Positions 28,017 to 35,774 of a DNA stretch of 64,000 nt are shown here, piece after piece (positions within the stretch are counted from its first letter, which is position 1; each line of letters begins with the position of its first letter). The position numbers were made by a program, and so were the translations under genes. The stretch lies in the IMG/VR virus record IMGVR_UViG_3300049783_001607; one strand, written 5' to 3'. The notes beneath the pieces are model-generated. The model searched no databases, was not told the DNA's origin, and saw only the letters and a program-made list of their open reading frames with translations. Source of the DNA: a virus.

Positions 28017-31000
28017 ATGAGTTCAGTACCAATTGGAGTAAGTAGACCTTTATATCTTGTATCAAAATCAATGCATTTTGATGCTTTAGCAGGTCCTTAT
28101 AATTCTATAGCAGAAGCTAATTCTGTAGTAATAAGCGCTATTAGAGAAAAAGGACGAGAAGTTTATATTTTAAATTTATCTGGAGATCCTGTAGCCCATA
28201 CCTGGAGAGGTGGGATTGAAGACGATGATCTTTCTCCTGTAGTGGATGTACACGATTTTGCAACAAATGAAAATCTGGATAATTATCAACCGCTTTCAGA
28301 AAAAAATGTTGCGGACGGATATGCGGGATTAAATAGTTTAGGTAAAATTAATTCTAGTCAATTACCTCTTATTGCAATAACAGATACATTTGTAGTAACT
28401 TCAGAGTCTGCCATGTTAGCGTTAACTGTTGAAATAGGGGATGTTGCAGTAAGAACTGATATAGAGTCAACTTTTATACTTAGAGAATCTGGTGCAACAG
28501 TATTATCGAATTGGACTCAATTACAGACACCTACAGATTCTGTAACCAGTGTATTCGGTAGAACTGGCGTTGTTACAGCACAATCAAATGACTACACCTG
28601 GGATCAAATTGATAAATCATCATCAAGTCTTGCAGATCTTGCAATAAGAAATTTTTCTGATTTACAGAATAAGCCGACAACAGTAGCTGGTTATGGAATT
28701 ACAGATGCTTACAATAAAACAGAATCGGATGCAAAATATCTTTTAAATACGACATCTACTTTTACAGGTAATCTAACAGTCACAGGAAATGTAGAAGCCG
28801 ATTCTATTAAACTTATAACAGGAGCTTCAAACGGTTACTTTTTACAGTCTGATGCTTACGGTAACGCTACGTGGAAACAAACAGGAAATAACTTTTTTGA
28901 GTTTACTTGGAAGACGGACAATTCTGGAACATCGAACGACGATCAAGCAACATTGCCTTTTATTATAACAGCTGATTTAGATTGCGTAGTTACATGGGGA
29001 GATGTTGACGGTTCTACGACAACTCTTAATTCAGCTAGTTTAGCAGGAGACCTAACACACACGTATTCAGACGGAGCGGGTACAAAAAGTATTTCTATAT
29101 CAGGCTCAGGGATCAATGGTTTTAGTCTTGGCCAATCAGGCGACAAGCTAAAAATATTGGAAGTATCTAATGTTGGTAATTTAGAATTAACATCATCTAG
29201 AACATTTGATGGGTGTGCTAACTTAACTTGGACGGCAACAGACGCACCAACTATAACATCAACTGATTTAAGTATAACTTTTGGAAGTTGTATTAATTTC
29301 AATGGAAATATAGATAATTGGGATGTAAGTAATGTTACGAACATATCCCAAATGTTTCAAGGCGCTTCTGTTTTTAATAGATCATTAAATAATTGGGATG
29401 TAAGTAATGTTACGACTATGAGCGCTATGTTTAATAATGCATCAGTTTTTAACGGGAATATTAGTTCTTGGAACGTAGGTAATGTTACGACTATGAACTC
29501 TATGTTTTTTAATGCCTATGATTTTAATCAACCTTTAAATAGTTGGGATGTTAGCACTGTTACGGACATGAACTCTATGTTTTTTGTTTCTTCTGCTTTT
29601 AACCAACCTTTAGATACTTGGAATGTAAGTAATGTCACTGATATGTTTAGAATATTTGCTGCCGCAACTTCCTTTAACCAAGATGTTAGTTCATGGGATG
29701 TAAATCAAAACACTAATTTTGGTAGATTTATGGATGGCGTAACTTTATCTACGGCAAACTATGATTTACTTTTAACAAAATTTGACGCACAAGGAGCAAT
29801 GTCTTTTAGTGGGACAGCACATTTTGGTCTTAGTAAATACACAGAATACAGCGAAGCAGACACTGCTAGAACAAGTTTAATAGCTAAATGGGGTGGCATT
29901 ACAGATGGAGGTTCAGTAAGTAATGGGCACTCAAGAGGTACTTCAACTTATTATGGGGAAGGTGCAGGTATCACGGAAACCTCATTAGATAGAGCAAATA
30001 CTGGATTTGGTTATGAAGCATTATATAGTAATACCACAGGTCAGTATAACTCGGCTAATGGTTACAAATCTTTATATAGTAATACTACAGGACGTTTTAA
30101 TATAGCCATGGGTTCATTTTCTCTTGAAGATAATACAGATGGAGATTTTAATGTGGGTATAGGTTATAGACCACTTTTTAGTAACACAACAGGGAGTTCA
30201 AATACAGCTATTGGTTATAATTCCTTATTACTTAATTTATCTGGGGGTAGTAATACAGCTATCGGGTCTGGAGCATTGTATAGTAACACAACAGGAGATT
30301 TAAATACAGCTATTGGTTATAATGCATTAAAGTCAAACACTACAGGTTTAAATAATGTATCAGTTGGAAATGCTTCAGTTCAAGCCAATACAACAGGGCA
30401 AAGAAACGTAGGGATGGGTTATTGGAGCCTTTTCAGTAATACAACAGGTAGTTATAATGTAGGAATAGGAAATCAAGCTTTAAAAAATAACACTACAGGT
30501 AGTCGTAATATAGCTATTGGAGGCTCGTCTTTTTTCAATACTACAACAGGTAGTTATAATACTGGGTATGGATTTGGAGCAGGGGCAAATATAACTACAG
30601 GGGTTTATAACGTAGCATTAGGAGTCAATGCTCTTATGGGGCAACTTACAAGCGACCACACTATAGGTATAGGAAACGAAGCAGGAAGATATTTAGTTGG
30701 TGGGGGAACTAATACACAGTCTAATGACTCTATTTACATTGGTCAACTTTCGAGAAGTTTAGATATTACAACAGACAATGAGATTGTTATTGGTAGTTAT
30801 GCTGAAGGTAATGGTTCTAATACAGTTACCATAGGAAGTAGTGCGGTAACTGATAATTATCTTACCGGTAATTTACAGCTTCTTTCTGGAATTATTAATG
30901 CTGGAACAACTTATAATGGCTATCAAGTAAACATAGGTACTACAGCTAATGGATCTATATCTGCATTAGGTAGAATTTTTAGTAACACGAAAATTAGTGC

Positions 31001-31193
31001 TGCAGAATCAGTAGAAGCTAAGTTTTTTAGTTTGACAGCTGCTTACACTTTTGCAACATTACCTACGGGAAGTTACGGAATGGTTACATATATTACAGAC
31101 GCTTCTACAATATCATATAGAGCAGATGCTGCTGGAGGAGGTACTGATTATGCTTTAGTAACATATAACGGAGCAAAATGGATATATCATTAA
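28017..31193 (+). CDS. Mosaic tail fibre/receptor-binding protein (fibre repeat, PKD-like, DUF285/BspA-type repeats, YadA-head-like beta-roll repeats)
   Basis: VTSVFGRTG, KPTTVAGYGITDAY, repeated FN..L..WDVSNVT.M..MF and repeated NTTG..N.AIGY.AL. Confidence 0.8.
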   Translation: MSSVPIGVSRPLYLVSKSMHFDALAGPYNSIAEANSVVISAIREKGREVYILNLSGDPVAHTWRGGIEDDDLSPVVDVHDFATNENLDNYQPLSEKNVADGYAGLNSLGKINSSQLPLIAITDTFVVTSESAMLALTVEIGDVAVRTDIESTFILRESGATVLSNWTQLQTPTDSVTSVFGRTGVVTAQSNDYTWDQIDKSSSSLADLAIRNFSDLQNKPTTVAGYGITDAYNKTESDAKYLLNTTSTFTGNLTVTGNVEADSIKLITGASNGYFLQSDAYGNATWKQTGNNFFEFTWKTDNSGTSNDDQATLPFIITADLDCVVTWGDVDGSTTTLNSASLAGDLTHTYSDGAGTKSISISGSGINGFSLGQSGDKLKILEVSNVGNLELTSSRTFDGCANLTWTATDAPTITSTDLSITFGSCINFNGNIDNWDVSNVTNISQMFQGASVFNRSLNNWDVSNVTTMSAMFNNASVFNGNISSWNVGNVTTMNSMFFNAYDFNQPLNSWDVSTVTDMNSMFFVSSAFNQPLDTWNVSNVTDMFRIFAAATSFNQDVSSWDVNQNTNFGRFMDGVTLSTANYDLLLTKFDAQGAMSFSGTAHFGLSKYTEYSEADTARTSLIAKWGGITDGGSVSNGHSRGTSTYYGEGAGITETSLDRANTGFGYEALYSNTTGQYNSANGYKSLYSNTTGRFNIAMGSFSLEDNTDGDFNVGIGYRPLFSNTTGSSNTAIGYNSLLLNLSGGSNTAIGSGALYSNTTGDLNTAIGYNALKSNTTGLNNVSVGNASVQANTTGQRNVGMGYWSLFSNTTGSYNVGIGNQALKNNTTGSRNIAIGGSSFFNTTTGSYNTGYGFGAGANITTGVYNVALGVNALMGQLTSDHTIGIGNEAGRYLVGGGTNTQSNDSIYIGQLSRSLDITTDNEIVIGSYAEGNGSNTVTIGSSAVTDNYLTGNLQLLSGIINAGTTYNGYQVNIGTTANGSISALGRIFSNTKISAAESVEAKFFSLTAAYTFATLPTGSYGMVTYITDASTISYRADAAGGGTDYALVTYNGAKWIYH

Positions 31194-31270
31194 TAAATAT
31201 GTACTCAACACTTTATATTATCAGCAAATAGTTATAATAGTAATAATGCTAATATAACGTAAATATTTTA

Positions 31271-31278
31271 TATATTTG
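31271..31278 (+). promoter_or_regulatory. Possible Bacteroidota -7 promoter box
   Basis: TATATTTG in the intergenic gap before 31317. No clear -33 element. Confidence 0.35.
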
Positions 31279-31316
31279 TAATAATAATTTAAACCTATTT
31301 TAAACCTATATTAAAG

Positions 31317-31778
31317 ATGATCGCAAAAAAAACGGAGTTAACAATAAATAAAGTAAAAAAAACTAATGGTGAAGTTCAGTCATTTAGAGCTATTGCAGAA
31401 AGATATATAGCGTCGACTGTTGCAAAAGACACGATAGATAATCTTAAATTAAAGTTTGCTCTTAAAAAGCTTCTTAATAAAACTAAAAAAATTAATAGTG
31501 TCTATCAATCAGCAGTAGAAGAAAAAAGACTGGATAATTGTATGATCGATCCAAAAACAGAAGAAGTACTAAGGGATAGTAAAGACGGATTTAGATTTAC
31601 TTCATCGGCTCTTAAAGTTCTAAGTAAAAATATTACTGAAATAGCAGATAAAGAAGTTGAAATAGAAGCTCACTTTGTAAAAATTCCAAAAGATTTTCCA
31701 TTCAATGTAATAGAACATTTTGAAGGGTTTGTTTTTCAAGAATTGACAGAAGACTCTGTTTTAGAAATGATAAAATAA
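31317..31778 (+). CDS. Hypothetical protein (possible fibre chaperone)
   Basis: Helical ORF after the fibre gene. Confidence 0.5.
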   Translation: MIAKKTELTINKVKKTNGEVQSFRAIAERYIASTVAKDTIDNLKLKFALKKLLNKTKKINSVYQSAVEEKRLDNCMIDPKTEEVLRDSKDGFRFTSSALKVLSKNITEIADKEVEIEAHFVKIPKDFPFNVIEHFEGFVFQELTEDSVLEMIK

Positions 31779-31800
31779 TCAATTAAAAAAATAAATTATT

Positions 31801-32268
31801 ATGGCAAATATTAAAGAAATAGATTTAGATAAAAACGTAGTTATATTTATACCTGAAGGAATGGGTACTAAAGAACAAAACGCTATTAATATAGCTAAAT
31901 ATAAAGGTTATAAAGATAAAATTGATAGCTCGGTAGATGTAACTAACCTTGGAACTAAAGAAGAAAACGACGCTATTATAGCTACTTTAACTCCTCATCA
32001 TAGACTTGTAAGTAATAGACTTGTTGAACCTGCTACTGAAACAACTGAAAATAAATATTTATTAAAGTATGTTGATCATACTCGTATTGATAATCCTCAA
32101 TCTATAGTTGAATTTGGTTTAGGTTTTGCCCTTACAATTTTAGGTAATTTAGCAGTAGAAGCTTCAAAACATGTTGCAACAATTGAATTAAAATCAGAGC
32201 AGGCTACAACTGTAAGCAGTATTGAGCAAGGAATGAGAAATGTATTTGGAGGTTCTACAATAGAGTAG
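31801..32268 (+). CDS. Hypothetical protein
   Basis: ORF with an A-rich initiation region. Confidence 0.55.
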   Translation: MANIKEIDLDKNVVIFIPEGMGTKEQNAINIAKYKGYKDKIDSSVDVTNLGTKEENDAIIATLTPHHRLVSNRLVEPATETTENKYLLKYVDHTRIDNPQSIVEFGLGFALTILGNLAVEASKHVATIELKSEQATTVSSIEQGMRNVFGGSTIE

Positions 32269-32347
32269 ATTATTCACATATTTTATATTAGTTACATAAA
32301 CAAAAATCTTTCTTAGTCAGCTCTAGGAAAGATTTAAAAAAAGAATT

Positions 32348-32716
32348 ATGAGTAAATTAACACTATATTTTTTAATAACTACCACTTCAATAATTGCTTA
32401 TGCTGATTTACCTCTGTATTTTCTTTTTGGAGTAGTTTTAACTGGTATAATGATAGAGATAGACAAAGTCGAAAAAAAAGTATACCCAATCGTATCTACA
32501 ATAGTTTTAAGTTCGGTAGTAGGGTGGGCGATATCATTTGGAGTAAAACATTTTAAACCTGAGTGGTTTTTAGGTGACTTGAAAATCTTTACAATGTTTA
32601 TTACAACTTTATTTTCTTATGTAACTATAGTCTACCTTTTAAAAAATGAGACTGTTCAAAAAATAGTTGCAAAGTATATTAATAAAAAAACAGATGGAGA
32701 TTCTAAAAATACTTAG
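32348..32716 (+). CDS. Holin-like membrane protein
   Basis: Three to four hydrophobic segments and a charged C-terminus, at the start of the lysis cassette. Confidence 0.6.
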   Translation: MSKLTLYFLITTTSIIAYADLPLYFLFGVVLTGIMIEIDKVEKKVYPIVSTIVLSSVVGWAISFGVKHFKPEWFLGDLKIFTMFITTLFSYVTIVYLLKNETVQKIVAKYINKKTDGDSKNT

Positions 32717-33473
32717 TAGTATATTACTTTTTATATATCCTTTATATTGTGTTATACGCGAAGTAATATCAATAAACAAAGGGGACATACTAACCCCCAA
32801 TCAAAGAAAAGTAAGGTTTTCAATACTTATTTATTTATGCGTTTTTCATTTAATATTATTCTATTGGGCTTTCAATAAAAAAGAATTAAACACCGATTTT
32901 AATTTTTATAATATTAATCAAGAGCTATTTTTGTTTTTATTAATATTCGCTCAATTATCGAGTTCTATAACCAGGCATTTTAGAAAAGAGCGAAAAGGCG
33001 AAGATTTATTACTGAATTATAGAAATGAATTTAAAAGAACTATGACTTTTAAGTTTTCAAAAGTAGCTTCTTTTGAATTAGTAGTTTTAAAATTTATAGA
33101 AGAACAAAAAAATAAAGGGATTGAAATCGAAATAATAAAAGACACTCCCTTAGATGTGGAGCCTTTTAAGTTTTTAAAAAAAGGTGATAGGCATACATTC
33201 AGTGAAAAAACTTGGTTAGAAAAAATGTCTGATGATATTGAGCATAATTACACTTACAACAATAATTCTTTAGTTGTTTTTGGCATGCATTTACACTTGA
33301 AATTTTCTGAGCAACTTACTGCTATAAGCTATGATATAGAATTATATATTGTAAAGCGTAAAAAATTAGTTAAAATTATTATTAAGATTGGCGACACTTA
33401 CATTATTCCCGAAGGTGTAAAGCATGGCGTTATCTTTGGTAAGATAGGTAAAATAGGGTTAAAATGGAATTAA
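32694..33473 (+). CDS. Membrane protein with C-terminal cupin domain
   Basis: Three N-terminal TM segments, then cupin motifs FGMHLH..FSEQL and GDTYIIPEGVKH. ATG 32694 is preferred over TTG 32667. Confidence 0.65.
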   Translation: MEILKILSSILLFIYPLYCVIREVISINKGDILTPNQRKVRFSILIYLCVFHLILFYWAFNKKELNTDFNFYNINQELFLFLLIFAQLSSSITRHFRKERKGEDLLLNYRNEFKRTMTFKFSKVASFELVVLKFIEEQKNKGIEIEIIKDTPLDVEPFKFLKKGDRHTFSEKTWLEKMSDDIEHNYTYNNNSLVVFGMHLHLKFSEQLTAISYDIELYIVKRKKLVKIIIKIGDTYIIPEGVKHGVIFGKIGKIGLKWN

Positions 33474-34076
33474 ATGACAAATGTAAAAAGTTACCGTGGT
33501 AAATGTTTAATAGATAAAATGAAAAGTTTGGACAGCTTTCAATATGTACCAAAAGGTATGCATATAATAGCTGTACGCTCAAACGAAGATGAACCTGATA
33601 AGTATGACGATAAATTATATTTATTTTGTGGGGAAAAGTTTATTTCTGTAATGTCTTGTACTACTAATAGCGGTACTTACGGTTTATTTAACTTTTTTAA
33701 ATGGAATAAAAAAGGAACTGCTGTAATTAAGTTCGATGAAATATACTATAATTCTTTTATAAAATCTGATGGTAAAAATGTACGTCATCATAATGGAAAA
33801 ATGCAGTGTCTTAGACAGATAGCTCCTTTGAAATACTATAGAGATAATAATTATGATAATAAAATTGACGAAAAAGGTACTATTTATGAAGCTAACAATA
33901 GCACTAATGTTCATGCAAATTCATACGTACACAAAAAAGGTATTAGATCTTGGTTAATAGGTAGATGGGGTACTGGTTGTACAGTTGTGAATAATCTGAC
34001 AAGATATTGGGAAGTATTGATGGTACGTATTAATTACAATAAACCGGTTACTTACACTGGATTAAAAGAATTTTAA
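33474..34076 (+). CDS. Endolysin, YkuD/L,D-transpeptidase-like His-Cys catalytic type
   Basis: IAVRS..DKYDD, CTT..G, LRQ...YYRDNN.D and TNVH...WGTGC.V motifs. Lies between holin-like and spanin-like genes. Confidence 0.7.
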   Translation: MTNVKSYRGKCLIDKMKSLDSFQYVPKGMHIIAVRSNEDEPDKYDDKLYLFCGEKFISVMSCTTNSGTYGLFNFFKWNKKGTAVIKFDEIYYNSFIKSDGKNVRHHNGKMQCLRQIAPLKYYRDNNYDNKIDEKGTIYEANNSTNVHANSYVHKKGIRSWLIGRWGTGCTVVNNLTRYWEVLMVRINYNKPVTYTGLKEF

Positions 34077-34078
34077 TT

Positions 34079-34462
34079 ATGGGGATACCTTCATCAATTG
34101 AAAAAAGTAAAGGATTTATAAGCAGTAATATATTATATATTATAATAGGAGTTTTAATCTTATTTATGTTATTTATAATTAACTACTACAGAACTAAAGA
34201 ATTAAATACTATAATTAACGGGGTAAAAGAACAGAACAAAGTGTTAGTAGATAAAGTTAAACGTGTGGAAACAGCGTTTGATTCTATTCAAATAATAAAG
34301 CAGAAAGCTTTAATTAAAAAAGATAGCTTTGAAATAAGAGAAACCTATTTTAAAAATAAATATTATGCTACTAACAATAAACTTAAAAAAATTCTTACTA
34401 CTTACGATAATTCTTCTGATGACGATAAGTGGGCTGCGTTCTCAAGAAGCCTTAGAGAATAG
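34079..34462 (+). CDS. Inner-membrane spanin-like protein
   Basis: N-terminal TM helix plus coiled coil, after the endolysin. Confidence 0.55.
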   Translation: MGIPSSIEKSKGFISSNILYIIIGVLILFMLFIINYYRTKELNTIINGVKEQNKVLVDKVKRVETAFDSIQIIKQKALIKKDSFEIRETYFKNKYYATNNKLKKILTTYDNSSDDDKWAAFSRSLRE

Positions 34463-34796
34463 AGTAACTACAAAATGTATTAATGCTGTTGAAAGAGATA
34501 GCATATTTAAAAAAATTCAAAGGGGTAAAATAGATGCTGTAAGAGTTGTATTACTGGACAGCGCTCTAGCAGCCTGCGGTTCAGCTAAAAAGGCTACTTT
34601 CGAAGCTTACAAATTAGAAGAAAAACGAGTGGCTTTATTAGAAGTAGTTATAGCTACTGAAAGAAAAAAAATAGGTAATCTAGATAAACTAATAAAACTG
34701 GAAGTTAAAAAAAGAAAAAAGAAAGCATTTTGGAATTTTATTAAAGGTTCGGTATTAGGCGCTGCTATTGTATCTATTTTAGGATTCATAATATAA
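34365..34796 (+). CDS. Overlapping spanin-partner-like exported protein
   Basis: Signal peptide, coiled coil and C-terminal hydrophobic helix. Overlaps the previous gene by 98 nt. Confidence 0.5.
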   Translation: MLLTINLKKFLLLTIILLMTISGLRSQEALENRVTTKCINAVERDSIFKKIQRGKIDAVRVVLLDSALAACGSAKKATFEAYKLEEKRVALLEVVIATERKKIGNLDKLIKLEVKKRKKKAFWNFIKGSVLGAAIVSILGFII

Positions 34797-34854
34797 ATAG
34801 TATTAAACAGTCAAAAATTAATAGTATTATACTAGTACAATTAAAATATAACTA

Positions 34855-35769
34855 ATGGAAGGAGAAAACTCTAACATAGAAAGAATTACGTTTGAGCAGA
34901 TACAAGAATTCAAAGATCTTAATTTATCTGAAATAGAGGCAGTAGAAAATGAGTACATGATAGTTCTATTGTCTTACGATACGGTAACTAAAAAATTTGG
35001 TACTGCTTTAATGAACACTAGTTCTGGAAGTGGCGGGGTCTCATCTAATACACAGAGCGTTTTATTAAGTAATGTTGAAGTTAAAACTGATGATCTAAGT
35101 ATTTCTAGAGGTTACGTGTTTAAGAAAGGTATTGACATGACTTCGGTAGTTAAATTACTATCGGAACCCCCTGTAAAAGCTGTTTTAAGTTTGAATGCTA
35201 GCATGGTTTTATTTCAAGTAAATACTAGTCACGCACTAACATTATCTTATACATATACTATTAACGGAGGGGGATTACTAGATGAAACTACTGTATCTTA
35301 TTTCGAAGGAAGTACTTCAATATTAGCAGCAAGCGACGTTTTTTTTAGCTCACCTAAAGAAATAGAATTTAAAGTATCTGGCAACATGGGCGGCAACGAT
35401 CTTTTTTTTGCGGAAAAGTTATATGGAACAATCAATGCTAAAGCTATATATCCTGTATTCTCAGGTAAAGGGGCCTCAACTTTGACTGATGCTATATTAG
35501 TAGATATTTCTACTGATAGAGAAATGGTTTTAGATTATGCAACTCCCGTAGCTTCTTTAACAACTTATTGGTTTGCATTACATACTTCTATAACTCCTAA
35601 ATCTTGGGTTGAATTAGATTCTTCAGGAAATGAGTTAGCTTCTAATGGAGGAACAATAGATTCTTTATTTGAAGTAAGTTTACCTATTACATATAAAAAC
35701 AACTCTTATTTAATATATTCTACAACGCATGAAACATCGTTTACTGGGGATGTTAAAATTAAATTATAA
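34855..35769 (+). CDS. Virion structural beta protein
   Basis: Beta-rich with YPVF.G and YWFAL motifs shared by fibre-associated proteins. Preceded by GTATTATA. Confidence 0.5.
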   Translation: MEGENSNIERITFEQIQEFKDLNLSEIEAVENEYMIVLLSYDTVTKKFGTALMNTSSGSGGVSSNTQSVLLSNVEVKTDDLSISRGYVFKKGIDMTSVVKLLSEPPVKAVLSLNASMVLFQVNTSHALTLSYTYTINGGGLLDETTVSYFEGSTSILAASDVFFSSPKEIEFKVSGNMGGNDLFFAEKLYGTINAKAIYPVFSGKGASTLTDAILVDISTDREMVLDYATPVASLTTYWFALHTSITPKSWVELDSSGNELASNGGTIDSLFEVSLPITYKNNSYLIYSTTHETSFTGDVKIKL

Positions 35770-35774
35770 TAATT

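Noticed and set aside
28017-31193. CRISPR array or DGR variable/template repeats
   Set aside because: The repeats are in-frame protein repeats without unique spacers. I saw no adenine-specific repeat pair or reverse transcriptase in the window.
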